From the IMG/VR virus record IMGVR_UViG_3300050151_000036, positions 1-42,649 of that record: 42,649 nt of DNA. One strand, written 5' to 3'. The position numbers were made by a program, and so were the translations under genes. Position 1 is the stretch's first letter. Every line of letters starts with the position of its first letter. Shown piece by piece: positions 26,107-36,311 of this stretch. This DNA is from a virus. Taxonomy: Duplodnaviria > Caudoviricetes. The notes under the pieces were generated by a model, which ran no database searches, was not told the origin of the DNA, and saw nothing but the letters and a program-made list of their open reading frames with translations.

Positions 26107-26494
26107 CCAGATTCGTATTTGCCGTGATGGTGTAGTTAAGAACCCGTATCAAGGTAACGATAAGAAAGTTCTATTTGTCTGTAGTATGGGCATTCTGCGT
26201 AGTGCTACCGCTGCTAGATTATATGCACATAAATACAATACTAGGTGTGCTGGGTCTTGGGGTGATGCTTTAATCCCCCTTACGCCTATTCTACTTGCAT
26301 GGGCTGAAGAGATTGTTTTTGTGAATAAATCAAATTATGATGGTGCAGTAGCGGAGTATGGTGAAGATGTATTCAAGGAAACACCAACTAAAGTGTTGAA
26401 TATTCCTGATATGTATGAGCATATGCATCCAAAGCTAATTGAATCATTTGATGAGCAATATGAAAAGCTAGATTATCTAGTTGTACGTGAGTAA
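26087..26494 (+). CDS. Low-molecular-weight protein tyrosine phosphatase-like protein
   Basis: LFVCSMGILRSATA (CX5RS P-loop), WAE.I, L.IPD.Y. Confidence 0.82.
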   Translation: MKQTLSDQIRICRDGVVKNPYQGNDKKVLFVCSMGILRSATAARLYAHKYNTRCAGSWGDALIPLTPILLAWAEEIVFVNKSNYDGAVAEYGEDVFKETPTKVLNIPDMYEHMHPKLIESFDEQYEKLDYLVVRE

Positions 26495-26502
26495 GGACGA
26501 TC

Positions 26503-26661
26503 ATGAATAAGTTGGAGTTACTTGAAAAACTCCGCAGTGTAGATGAAGTTTCTCTAATGGAATTACTTGAAATTAATTCCACAGACATTGTGGATGCATT
26601 CTTAGACAAGATCGAGGATAAACTAACATATATCTATGACCAGCTACGAGAAGCCAAGTAA
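26503..26661 (+). CDS. Small acidic helical protein (52 aa; absent from track)
   Basis: AAGGA RBS; DEV.L.ELLEI.S.DIVDAF.DKI. Confidence 0.7.
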   Translation: MNKLELLEKLRSVDEVSLMELLEINSTDIVDAFLDKIEDKLTYIYDQLREAK

Positions 26662-26806
26662 GAAGAAGCAAGAAGATGATTCGGTTTTCTCAAAGAATCA
26701 TACGAAAAATGTTAGGTACAGAATTCGTAAGCAAGAAGAAGAAGAAGCAGAACAGGAAATCAAAAGATATGTCGAAGACAACACTGGAACTCCTAGAGCT
26801 GATTGA
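26636..26806 (+). CDS. Small charged protein (56 aa; absent from track)
   Basis: GAGG upstream; MTSYEKP...RKQEEEEAEQEIK. Confidence 0.5.
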   Translation: MTSYEKPSKKKQEDDSVFSKNHTKNVRYRIRKQEEEEAEQEIKRYVEDNTGTPRAD

Positions 26807-27014
26807 TACCATACAACATACTTTAGATTCTACTTATCGTGAAGTAGATGTAAAAACTAGAGAAGTGTTAAAGAATAGTAAATTAACTAAAATGCAACGG
26901 ATTAACTTTGAGTGGGGTCTAACCCATTTACATATTTCTTTAGTAGAGTATGAACGTGATCTAGAGCGACATAAAAAGATTTTAAAAGAGGAGTTAAATG
27001 CAGCAAGTCAGTGA
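26769..27014 (+). CDS. Hypothetical coiled-coil protein
   Basis: Internal ATG preferred over the track start. Confidence 0.55.
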   Translation: MSKTTLELLELIDTIQHTLDSTYREVDVKTREVLKNSKLTKMQRINFEWGLTHLHISLVEYERDLERHKKILKEELNAASQ

Positions 27015-28878
27015 TTTTTCAACATATATCCATAAAAGTCGTTATGCACGATGGATTGATTCTTTAGGGCGTCGGGAAACATGGGATGAGACTGTTACAC
27101 GCTACTGTGATTTTTGGCAAAGTAAGTATCCGGATATCTTCCCATATCAGTTAGTGTGGGATAGTATCCATAAAATGGATGTGATGCCAAGTATGCGTGC
27201 TTTAATGACTGCTGGGCCTGCATTAGATAGGGATAATATTGCAGGTTTTAATTGTGCTTATTTAGCAATTGATGACCCACGGTCTTTTGATGAAGTTATG
27301 TTTATTCTCATGAATGGAACTGGAGTTGGATATAGTGTTGAGCGACAATCAATTGCAAAGTTACCAGAAGTCTCCGAATCTTTCCACAAAACAAACACTG
27401 TCATCAGTGTGGCTGACTCTAAAGCTGGTTGGGCAGGAGCCTTTAGGCAACTCATTAGTCTCTTGTATCAGGGTCAAATCCCTAAATGGGATACCTCTAA
27501 GATTCGACCTGCTGGAGCAAGACTTAAAATCTTTGGGGGCAGAGCCTCTGGTCCAGCTCCACTCGAAGACCTGTTTCAATTCACTATTTCCTTATTTACA
27601 AAAGCCGCTGGAAGACGCCTCACATCGGTTGAATGCAGCGATCTTGTCTGTAAAACCGCTGAAGTGGTGGTTGTCGGAGGTGTACGACGTTCAGCCCTTA
27701 TCTGCCTTAGCAACTTGTCAGATGAGCGTATGCGTAACTACAAAAATGGACAATGGTGGATTGATGACAAACAACGTTCACTAGCCAATATCTCAGCAGC
27801 ATATTCAGAAAAACCAGATGTAGAAACATTCTTAAAAGAATGGCTGGCATTAGTTGAAAGTAAATCTGGTGAACGTGGTATCTTTGGGCGAGTCGCAGCA
27901 GAAAAACAATCAATTAAAACTAATCGCCGAAAGTTGGGATATGAATGGGGTACTAATCCTTGTGGTGAAATTATCCTACGCCCACAAGAGTTTTGTAATT
28001 TAACAGAAGTTGTTATTCGCCAGGAAGATTCTTTATCTGACATGGTGACAAAAGTACAAGTGGCTTCTATCCTTGGCACATTCCAATCAACACTTACAGA
28101 TTTTAAGTATATTCGTAAGCGGTGGAAAGAGAACTGTGAAGAAGAACGCTTACTAGGTGTATCCATGACAGGTATTATGGATAACCCTTTACTACGCAAA
28201 GTTGATGATGAGACTAAAAGCATTCTAGCTACTCTTAAAGAAGAGTCTATTAACACGAACTTTGAGTGGGCAGCTAAGCTACAGGTTAATCCTTCCGCTG
28301 CAATTACTACGGTAAAGCCTAGCGGTACAGTAAGCCAATTAGTTAACTCCGCTAGTGGTATTCATCCAAGACATAATGCTTATTATATTCGCACAGTAAG
28401 AGCCGATGTTAAAGACCCCCTTGCATTATTTCTACAAGACCAAGGTGTTCCTAACGAATTAGATCAATTTAATAATAGTAATGTTGTCTTTAGCTTTCCC
28501 ATTAAATCTCCTGATGCATGTGTCACCAGGAACGATATCAATGCTATTGAACAGCTCGAACACTATTTAATGTTCCAACAGTTATGGTGTGAGCATAATC
28601 CTTCAATTACCGTTTATGTTAAAAATGAAGAATGGATTGAAGTTGGAGCATGGGTTTACAAGCATCTAGACCAGTTAGGTGGTGTCAGTTTTCTACCACA
28701 TACTGACCATATTTATCCACAAGCACCCTATCAGGATATTACTAAAGATCTATATGACGAAGCATTAAAAGTGTTTCCAAAGATTGATTGGGAAGCGTTT
28801 AATAAATACGAAAAAGACGATACGACAATCTCTATGCGTGAATTAGCTTGTGTATCCGGTAGTTGTGAATACATTTAA
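26998..28878 (+). CDS. nrdJ: Class II (B12-dependent) ribonucleotide reductase
   Basis: PSMR..AG, FNCAY, GGVRRSA, TNPCGEI, TTVKPSGT, C-terminal ACVSGSCE; no beta subunit gene in the window. Confidence 0.93.
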   Translation: MQQVSDFSTYIHKSRYARWIDSLGRRETWDETVTRYCDFWQSKYPDIFPYQLVWDSIHKMDVMPSMRALMTAGPALDRDNIAGFNCAYLAIDDPRSFDEVMFILMNGTGVGYSVERQSIAKLPEVSESFHKTNTVISVADSKAGWAGAFRQLISLLYQGQIPKWDTSKIRPAGARLKIFGGRASGPAPLEDLFQFTISLFTKAAGRRLTSVECSDLVCKTAEVVVVGGVRRSALICLSNLSDERMRNYKNGQWWIDDKQRSLANISAAYSEKPDVETFLKEWLALVESKSGERGIFGRVAAEKQSIKTNRRKLGYEWGTNPCGEIILRPQEFCNLTEVVIRQEDSLSDMVTKVQVASILGTFQSTLTDFKYIRKRWKENCEEERLLGVSMTGIMDNPLLRKVDDETKSILATLKEESINTNFEWAAKLQVNPSAAITTVKPSGTVSQLVNSASGIHPRHNAYYIRTVRADVKDPLALFLQDQGVPNELDQFNNSNVVFSFPIKSPDACVTRNDINAIEQLEHYLMFQQLWCEHNPSITVYVKNEEWIEVGAWVYKHLDQLGGVSFLPHTDHIYPQAPYQDITKDLYDEALKVFPKIDWEAFNKYEKDDTTISMRELACVSGSCEYI

Positions 28879-28888
28879 GGACTAAACT

Positions 28889-29335
28889 ATAACAACAATA
28901 GCTGTTGATAGATCGTCAATTGCTTGTGACCTTATGTTATCCCATTACAGTGGTATTAAAATGAAGGGAGGTACTAAGATTATTAAGTTACCTTCTAACG
29001 TAAGTCTAGAGTTATTTAATACTGAAAATGCTTTTGTAGGGTTTGCCGGTAGTGCCAATGATTGGGGAAATACTATTCAATGGTTTTATAATCCAGAGAA
29101 TAAACTACCTAAACTTAAAGATATTGAATTATTAGCATTAACTAAAAAAGGTATTTACCATTCTGTTAATATTTCTAATTGGACACAGATTAAAGATAAA
29201 CACTTTGCTATTGGTAGTGGTATGAAGTATGCTATAGCATCTATGGAGTCTGGTTGTAGTCCTAAACAAGCAATTAAAGTCGCCAGTAAATATGACGAAG
29301 GTACTGGTATGGGTATTAAAGAATATAAACTGTAA
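28889..29335 (+). CDS. HslV/proteasome-beta-like Ntn hydrolase, ATA start
   Basis: (M)TTIAVD....ACD, KI, GFAG, FAIGSG..YA..M, A..YD..TG; in-frame TAA at 28883 excludes an upstream ATG. Confidence 0.8.
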   Translation: MTTIAVDRSSIACDLMLSHYSGIKMKGGTKIIKLPSNVSLELFNTENAFVGFAGSANDWGNTIQWFYNPENKLPKLKDIELLALTKKGIYHSVNISNWTQIKDKHFAIGSGMKYAIASMESGCSPKQAIKVASKYDEGTGMGIKEYKL

Positions 29336-29337
29336 GT

Positions 29338-29369
29338 AAAAAGGGCTCCAATTGGAGCCCTTTTCTTTT
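29338..29369. terminator. Bidirectional intrinsic terminator between convergent blocks
   Basis: AAAAGGGCTCC-AATT-GGAGCCCTTTT perfect inverted repeat with U-tracts on both strands. Confidence 0.92.
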
Positions 29370-32300
29370 ATCTATCCATTTCTAATCTTCTGGATACACT
29401 CTGCGCATCACGTAATGTATTAATATGTGCTTGCCTCCATTCATTAGGTGTCATACTACCTTTACCAACACGATCATTAATATAACTATTTAAAGTAGAT
29501 AGTGATGGATCAAGTTTTCTATAAGTACTAATATACTTAGCAGTGTCTTTAACATCGTCACGATTAATAGAATCCCATAAATCGCTCTGTAGTGTGGTAA
29601 TAGCCTGCTTATCTCTGCGATCACGGGCATTAGACATAAAGTCTTTATTACGTCTATCAGCTTCAGATACAGCCATCATTCCTAATTTACGGATATTAGT
29701 TTCTTCTGGTGTTCTAGCTACAAACATATCAGTGTTTTCTAAGTTATGTGGGTTTCTATACGCTGTAACACCGCCCTCTCTTTCAGGAGATAAAGCCTTA
29801 AAAGAAGGATGCATAGTTTCTAACAATCCTTTACCTAGTGGTGGTGCAAAAGCATACATAGCTTCCGCAGCAGTCGTTTGAGTTGGGTGTAATAGTGCTT
29901 TAGAAGCCCCAATCCATTCACCTAGTTCTTGTCCTAATGGTGTTACACCGGCTAAAGGATGTTCTACATCTAAAAATGATTGATTAAATCTAGTAGCAAA
30001 GTTAATACCAGTTACTGCGGATGGTGTCCCATAGTTCATTACTTGATTGAATGTAGTGCCTTGGTCACCTAATCTCATTATAGTTTCACGAATACTAATG
30101 TCACGTACCCGTGCATACTCAGTTGGTGATACATGACTCATCCAGTCTTTGTAAACATTAAGTAACCCATCAAGTTCCGATACAATAGGAAAATTCATAA
30201 CACCTGACATAGCCGTATGTGCTAACAAGAGAGCTGTTAATCCTAAGAAGTTTTTATTATGGATAAACATAGATATGGTGTTATAAAAAGCCATTGTTGG
30301 GGCTTTAAATAAGTAACCAACATCACCCAAAGCCCCTAGCTTATCTACAATAAGTGGTCGTTCAGTTCTTCGCATATTAGTCATAATATGATCGGTAATC
30401 TCAGAAGCACGTTGCCATGCTAATTCTTTAGACTCAAACCGACCACCCTCTTCTAGTGCTTTACCAAAAGACATAAACAATGGTGCTCTTGTTAACTGAT
30501 CTGGTCTAGAAATAGTATAATTAAATACTTGCTTACCAGCACGTAACGCTCTGTTTGTAGATAAATCTGATAATTCATCCACAATGCTCTTTTGCATTAC
30601 ACCGTTTTCAGTGCCCCAATTAAACATTTCTTTATAAGCTGGGTTTAATCCTTTATCAGTAAAGAACAAACCTGAATAACTACCAACTCCCATACCTTCT
30701 AAGAACTTAGCGGATGCTTCAGGAGAAATGTATTTATCTCTAGTTAGTTTCTGTAACCAACCAGTAGTCCCAGCTACAGCCTGCATAGGAGTAGCTAGAA
30801 TATATCCAGGACTCCATGCAAGCAACCCAGCATAAGTGGCGCCCTTTAACATATTTGTAAAAGATGCAAAACTGTTTGTAGGCAAGCCAGTTAAATCCGC
30901 AAAGTATCGCATAGGTTCTTTAAACACATTCTTACTTACACCCATATGGTTTAGTAAGTATGCTTTAGCTAGTGCAATGTTATTTGGCTGTGCATCAATA
31001 ATTGCTTTGTCCGACATTACTTTCTTAATTTCCGCCATAGCAGTCTGCATAGCAGCCCATTTATGTGCATTTTCTAAGTATTTAATCTGACTCTTAGCCC
31101 AAGCATCAGCATTCTTATTAGCAGATAACCACGGCTTATCACCCTCTGCACCTCTAACGTTTGTCTTTATATTTACTTGGTGTAGGTCTTGTCTAGAAAC
31201 TCTAGTACCAGATACTTCTAAATAATGCTCTAGTGATTTAACAACAGCTTGCGCTGCTGGATCATCACCAATAAACTTTAGCATGTCATGGTAAGCACCA
31301 ACAATATCTCTTGGTACATTCCCAAACTGACGGTTAGGTTCAAACTCTGTTTTAATCGAATTAATATCAATGTCAGGATGATCTTTAAGATTTTCCTTTA
31401 ACCATTTAACCGCAGAGTTAGCGTGGTAGCGTGTGGGATTCTGTGCATACCATAACACAGTACCTTCTTTGTTACGTACAACCACATGAAATTCACCATT
31501 AAACCGTGAAGCCATGTAACCATCACGCTTAGTTACAGGTTCTAAACCAACTAAAGCACGAGCATCATTCTGGGCGTTAAGTGCTCGTTCTTGTTCCATG
31601 CGTAGTTGTTTATGTGCTTCAAATAACTTATCATTACCATAAATTTTACGTAAAGTATCATCCGGAAATTCATGTTGACCAAACTGTTCTTCATGAAATA
31701 CATTCATGAGTGCTTGTTGGCCTTCATTCTTAATAGAAATAAATGCTTTTTCCAGAGGCTGGGCAAAGTCTCTAATAGCTTTCTGAGCATAGTTTTGCAC
31801 ATAACGTAAGTGCCTAGCAATATCTGATAGCATAGGATTACTAGTCTTCTCACCAGCATGGCCTAAACCAGATTGAAAGTCCTGCGCTAAGGTACTATCT
31901 TTATTCCCTGCTTCCATTACTCGCTGAATCATCTCCTCACCAGATGGTCCTTTAGTGAGTATATCCATCCCAGTCTTACCCATACCAGGAAGATTCTTTA
32001 CAAAATCTTCTCTAGTTGGTTCAACAGACACTTTTGCCTCTTCCCCACGTTTTACAAATGTTTCGTGTAGTCTTTGTGCTAGTGGACGTAGACCTAATGT
32101 TAATAAATTAGGATCAATAGTTCCGCGTTGTGATCGACCCATATTACCAAGACTGCCAAAAGGATCGTACTTAGGTGAGCTAACACCCATTACATTGGAT
32201 GGGCCTTGAGTCCCATTCTTACGTCCTACACCTACAGCACCTTCACCAGTAGATAAACCAACAGGATTTGGTAATGATTCTCCCATAACATTGGAGCTAT

Positions 32301-33543
32301 TCATCGCCCTGTTAGGGTCTTTTACGCTAGAGCTCTGTTCTCCTAAATACAAGCCAGGATCAATAGTAGGTTTGGTTTCTGGTAGACCCATTAAACCACT
32401 ATCATTAACCATCGGTCTGGTAATGTCTTTACCATTGCCAATAGCTGCCTCACCTGTGGATAATCCAATAGGTGCTCTTTCGGGTCGTAGGGGATTACCA
32501 TTAATACCACTATCGGTCATTTGCCTACGTGGATCAGTATTGGAACGTGAATTTTCACCCTCTGACAGAAACTTACGTTGTGCTTCTTCAAACGCTTGGC
32601 GTTGCATTTCAGGAATACGATCCATTGCCATTTGTGTAGCAATATCGTGCGGTACAATACCTTGACCCTCTGCTGTCACATTAATAGGGTTAATAGGTTC
32701 ATTAACCGGCTTGTTAGGCATACGACCAACTTCCTGTGATACAGGCATGCCATTTTCATCCATAGCCCATTTAGCATTTTCTGGATTATACGGGTTTAGT
32801 GGTCTGTCAATACCGGGTGCTTTTTCCAGTGCACCAGTCTTATCATTAAGTGGCATATGTGCGTCGTCAAAGAAAGCATGTGATACATCTAATGGGTCTT
32901 GGAAACTTGTAGGTGGTTTAACTGCTTCTTTAGCAGCCGCTAGTCTACCAGCAACAGTATTTAAATCATTAGCTTCAGGGATAGGTCTAAATTTTAATGG
33001 TACAGGTTTTGCACCAGGAATAGCCGAAAGACGTAAGTTCTCCACTTGCATAGCTTGACGTTGTAGTTTACTTAACCCAGTAACTTGCCCGCCAGGACCA
33101 AAAGGCATTAGATATCTATTTACAAGCTCACCAGCAGCTTCCGAGTATTGCTTACCAACGTTAGTACGTGGTTCATAGATAAACTTGTTTGCTAGATCAG
33201 AAGCTGCTTGAGTAGAATTTTCATTCTTATCATAAATACCTAGAGCTTTACCAGCAGCATGTAAACCCAGCCCACCAACCCCAACAGCTTGTGCTGGAAT
33301 CTGACTTAAGAAGTTTAGACCCGCTTCACCAACCCCAGCTAAACCATAGTTTAATTTGCCACCAGCCGCATCAATTTGTCTTTGCTGCTGAGCTAAGTAT
33401 TCTTGATACCTAGCTTTCTTTTGATCTGGTTCTTGTTCTTGACCAGGAATAGCAGCATAAGGAGTAGAAATATCTTCTTCAAGAGGTTTAAAAGATAATG
33501 TCTTTTTAGGTACATCACCTTCTTCAATAGGTGTAAATTTCAT
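29368..33543 (-). CDS. Large internal virion (DNA ejection) protein
   Basis: 1391 aa, last gene of a podovirus tail operon, low-complexity N-terminal third; function from synteny. Confidence 0.7.
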   Translation of the reverse strand: MKFTPIEEGDVPKKTLSFKPLEEDISTPYAAIPGQEQEPDQKKARYQEYLAQQQRQIDAAGGKLNYGLAGVGEAGLNFLSQIPAQAVGVGGLGLHAAGKALGIYDKNENSTQAASDLANKFIYEPRTNVGKQYSEAAGELVNRYLMPFGPGGQVTGLSKLQRQAMQVENLRLSAIPGAKPVPLKFRPIPEANDLNTVAGRLAAAKEAVKPPTSFQDPLDVSHAFFDDAHMPLNDKTGALEKAPGIDRPLNPYNPENAKWAMDENGMPVSQEVGRMPNKPVNEPINPINVTAEGQGIVPHDIATQMAMDRIPEMQRQAFEEAQRKFLSEGENSRSNTDPRRQMTDSGINGNPLRPERAPIGLSTGEAAIGNGKDITRPMVNDSGLMGLPETKPTIDPGLYLGEQSSSVKDPNRAMNSSNVMGESLPNPVGLSTGEGAVGVGRKNGTQGPSNVMGVSSPKYDPFGSLGNMGRSQRGTIDPNLLTLGLRPLAQRLHETFVKRGEEAKVSVEPTREDFVKNLPGMGKTGMDILTKGPSGEEMIQRVMEAGNKDSTLAQDFQSGLGHAGEKTSNPMLSDIARHLRYVQNYAQKAIRDFAQPLEKAFISIKNEGQQALMNVFHEEQFGQHEFPDDTLRKIYGNDKLFEAHKQLRMEQERALNAQNDARALVGLEPVTKRDGYMASRFNGEFHVVVRNKEGTVLWYAQNPTRYHANSAVKWLKENLKDHPDIDINSIKTEFEPNRQFGNVPRDIVGAYHDMLKFIGDDPAAQAVVKSLEHYLEVSGTRVSRQDLHQVNIKTNVRGAEGDKPWLSANKNADAWAKSQIKYLENAHKWAAMQTAMAEIKKVMSDKAIIDAQPNNIALAKAYLLNHMGVSKNVFKEPMRYFADLTGLPTNSFASFTNMLKGATYAGLLAWSPGYILATPMQAVAGTTGWLQKLTRDKYISPEASAKFLEGMGVGSYSGLFFTDKGLNPAYKEMFNWGTENGVMQKSIVDELSDLSTNRALRAGKQVFNYTISRPDQLTRAPLFMSFGKALEEGGRFESKELAWQRASEITDHIMTNMRRTERPLIVDKLGALGDVGYLFKAPTMAFYNTISMFIHNKNFLGLTALLLAHTAMSGVMNFPIVSELDGLLNVYKDWMSHVSPTEYARVRDISIRETIMRLGDQGTTFNQVMNYGTPSAVTGINFATRFNQSFLDVEHPLAGVTPLGQELGEWIGASKALLHPTQTTAAEAMYAFAPPLGKGLLETMHPSFKALSPEREGGVTAYRNPHNLENTDMFVARTPEETNIRKLGMMAVSEADRRNKDFMSNARDRRDKQAITTLQSDLWDSINRDDVKDTAKYISTYRKLDPSLSTLNSYINDRVGKGSMTPNEWRQAHINTLRDAQSVSRRLEMDR

Positions 33544-34649
33544 TATTCCGCTCTATATTTCTTACCACCAATAGTGACAATATCACCAGCTTTAATTCTA
33601 CCAGCAGCTACTGCTGCATGAGCATCATCTGGTGTATTAAAAGATGGCATTGTTTTTGGTGTGGGAGTTGGAGATTGACCAGGCATGGTAACTCGTGGAG
33701 CTTGTGGAGCAGCTACACTAGTTAGTTTACCAGTTTTACCGAGTTCACTAATATCAGTAGATTTACCAGCATTAACACCAGCCGCAGCAGTAGCTGCTAA
33801 TGCATGTTGGTCACGCGCATTCTGCTCCGCTTCTGCAAATTGTTGCGCAGCTTGTTGTGCTTGAACATACTCTGTAGAACCAGGTTGAGACTGTTGCATA
33901 ACTTGGATAGCAGCATTCTTTTTGCCCTCGTATACTGCAATTTGGCCCGGTAGTGTTTTCATACTAGCTAATTCCATAGCACTAATAGAGTGGTTAGCAA
34001 ATCTACCAGCATTAATTTGCTTATCCATGCTTTCAAGAGCCGCACTCTTATTTATCCGAGCGGCTTCAATTGTAGCACCTGCTGAGATACGATGACCAGA
34101 ATCTGACTTTTGACGATCTGGGTTAGTAGCATTATACGCATTAACCATTTGACCAAGATTAGTTAAACCCTGTGGATTAGTTAAATATTTTACTAAATCT
34201 GGGTGTTCTTGTTGTGCTCGTTGTAAAACTTCTAACGGTAATTTACCACCATTAACAATACCATGTGCAGCATAGCCAGCCGCGGCTCTCATTTCGTTAT
34301 CTAATTGGACTTGTTGGTCGTTAGATTTCTGAGCTCTTAAACCAGAGACTGCTGCAACAATACGCTCTGGCATAGGAATACCACTAAGAACTTTTAATGC
34401 ATCCTCATGGGTAGCAGCATTAGCATTGGATAGTCTTGCTTGACCCGCATAACTATTTCCTAGTTGACGCTCACGCTCTAACTCAATAGGTAACTTCTGC
34501 TGAGCAATATCCATGTTTTGGTTTGTTTCAGCTAGATTAGCGTTAGCTTGGTTTTGGGCAGTATCTTGCTGGCCCATTACAGTATTTAATAGTGAATAAT
34601 TACCACTATTAAATAATGATTGTAAGTCAGGATATTGTGCTTGATTCAT
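33543..34649 (-). CDS. Internal virion (ejection) protein
   Basis: Ala/Gln-rich helical protein, synteny. Confidence 0.65.
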   Translation of the reverse strand: MNQAQYPDLQSLFNSGNYSLLNTVMGQQDTAQNQANANLAETNQNMDIAQQKLPIELERERQLGNSYAGQARLSNANAATHEDALKVLSGIPMPERIVAAVSGLRAQKSNDQQVQLDNEMRAAAGYAAHGIVNGGKLPLEVLQRAQQEHPDLVKYLTNPQGLTNLGQMVNAYNATNPDRQKSDSGHRISAGATIEAARINKSAALESMDKQINAGRFANHSISAMELASMKTLPGQIAVYEGKKNAAIQVMQQSQPGSTEYVQAQQAAQQFAEAEQNARDQHALAATAAAGVNAGKSTDISELGKTGKLTSVAAPQAPRVTMPGQSPTPTPKTMPSFNTPDDAHAAVAAGRIKAGDIVTIGGKKYRAE

Positions 34650-34651
34650 AT

Positions 34652-36076
34652 TTAATTACCCGCTAGATTAGCTGGTGGACCATTAAAGGAATTATCTTGT
34701 GGTGAAAATAATGAACGCAAACCATTAATACCGCCCATATTACGGAAAGTATTCATTGCATTCATCATTTGGTTATTTTGTAGTGTATTCATACCACCTT
34801 GCATTTGATACATAGATGGCATTAACGCAGCATTATGACTAGCTAGGTCGGCCATGAGTGCTTGTTCTCTACCACCAGTATCTGATCTAGTACCTTTCGC
34901 AGCAGCTTGTCGTTCAAGGTTAGAACGCATTTGGTTTGCATATGCACCATTCTGATTATATAATCCAGACAAACCACCCATCATTTGCTGCATACGTTGT
35001 TGTTGCTTATTGTTATTATAAAACCCATAAGCAGCCATAGCTAAATCACCCAGACCACCAGTAGTCTTACCACCAGTTTGACCACCACCACTAAACAACG
35101 ATGCTAGTGGTGACTGCATACCTTGTGCTTGTTGTTGTGGAGCCATGCTAGAACCAGTAGTATTATTACCAGTAAACAATGGTGAACTAGGCGCAGCCCA
35201 TGATTGTTGTGGCATTTCAGTACCTAGAATATTATTCCTAAGTTCTTGACCAGGTGGAACATAATTACTAGGATAAGAAGCATTCTGCTCTGGATTACCC
35301 ATCATAGCTTGTAATGGCTGTTGTTGAGATTGTCCAAAGATATTGTCCATAAAAGATGGTAGAATAGATTGTCCCATACTATTTAGTCCTGAAGTGCCTG
35401 CATTTGTTAATCCTTGTGTTACTGAACTTAATAGTGGATTACCACGTAGTAGACTTTGTGTAGTACCAGAAATACCACTATTTACAGCCGATGCCATTGG
35501 TCCTTTATCCATACCAAGCATACCGGCAGGGTTCTGCCCTGAAATAGCCCCACCAAGGCCTCCTAAAGCCCCACCAGTCAACGCAGACGTAAATGGGTTA
35601 CCACCCTGCCCACCACCGATTATACCACCGCTTAAAGCCCCTCCTAGGGCGCCTGAAGCTGTGCTTCCTAAACCTAGTGCAGCACCTGGTCCAAACGCAC
35701 CACCACTTAAACCAGCGACACCAGCATCAATTAAACCCCCAAATAAACCATTGGAGTATTGAAAACTATTTTGTGCAACTGGTTTGTTTTGAGCATTAGT
35801 TAAAGTTGCTTGGCTACCATTGTCTAAAGCAGAACCATTTAGTTTATAACCATTATTCTGCAACCAAGAAATTAATCCTTGGTTTAATGACGTTGAACCT
35901 GAATTTGGGTCTTGGTCAAGAATTTGACCTTTGTAACCCATGTCATTAAAATTAGAACCGAGCATACTAGCTAAGTTTGGAGCTGAACCCCAATCACTGC
36001 CACCACTAGGAGTAAACTCTGAATAAGCAGAATTACCTGGGTTTGGATCATTATAAATATCTGATAAACCGGCCAT
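34652..36076 (-). CDS. Gly-rich internal virion/pilot protein
   Basis: Glycine-zipper-like GALGG repeats, Gln/Met-rich C-terminus, synteny. Confidence 0.65.
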   Translation of the reverse strand: MAGLSDIYNDPNPGNSAYSEFTPSGGSDWGSAPNLASMLGSNFNDMGYKGQILDQDPNSGSTSLNQGLISWLQNNGYKLNGSALDNGSQATLTNAQNKPVAQNSFQYSNGLFGGLIDAGVAGLSGGAFGPGAALGLGSTASGALGGALSGGIIGGGQGGNPFTSALTGGALGGLGGAISGQNPAGMLGMDKGPMASAVNSGISGTTQSLLRGNPLLSSVTQGLTNAGTSGLNSMGQSILPSFMDNIFGQSQQQPLQAMMGNPEQNASYPSNYVPPGQELRNNILGTEMPQQSWAAPSSPLFTGNNTTGSSMAPQQQAQGMQSPLASLFSGGGQTGGKTTGGLGDLAMAAYGFYNNNKQQQRMQQMMGGLSGLYNQNGAYANQMRSNLERQAAAKGTRSDTGGREQALMADLASHNAALMPSMYQMQGGMNTLQNNQMMNAMNTFRNMGGINGLRSLFSPQDNSFNGPPANLAGN

Positions 36077-36085
36077 TATAATTCC

Positions 36086-36310
36086 TTATGGTTTAGTTGT
36101 TCCAAGATTGGTAATAGTTAATACACCCAAAGTATTAATACCAATACGCCAGTAATTGTTTGCTACATCTTTTAATACTAAACCTTTGGCATTAGTATCT
36201 GAGATTAAATCGTCAGTAGCATCCATACCTTTAGTGATTCTATTAGAAGTATTTAAACCTGCTACGCCATTTGTAACATTCATATCATCAATTGTTAAAT
36301 GTCTTGACAT
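36086..36310 (-). CDS. Small tail-associated protein (paralog of upstream gene)
   Basis: Shares GL...R.TKG.D.TDDLI.D...KGLVLKD...YWR..I...G.L..T.LGTTKP with 36312-36698. Confidence 0.7.
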   Translation of the reverse strand: MSRHLTIDDMNVTNGVAGLNTSNRITKGMDATDDLISDTNAKGLVLKDVANNYWRIGINTLGVLTITNLGTTKP

Positions 36311-36311
36311 A

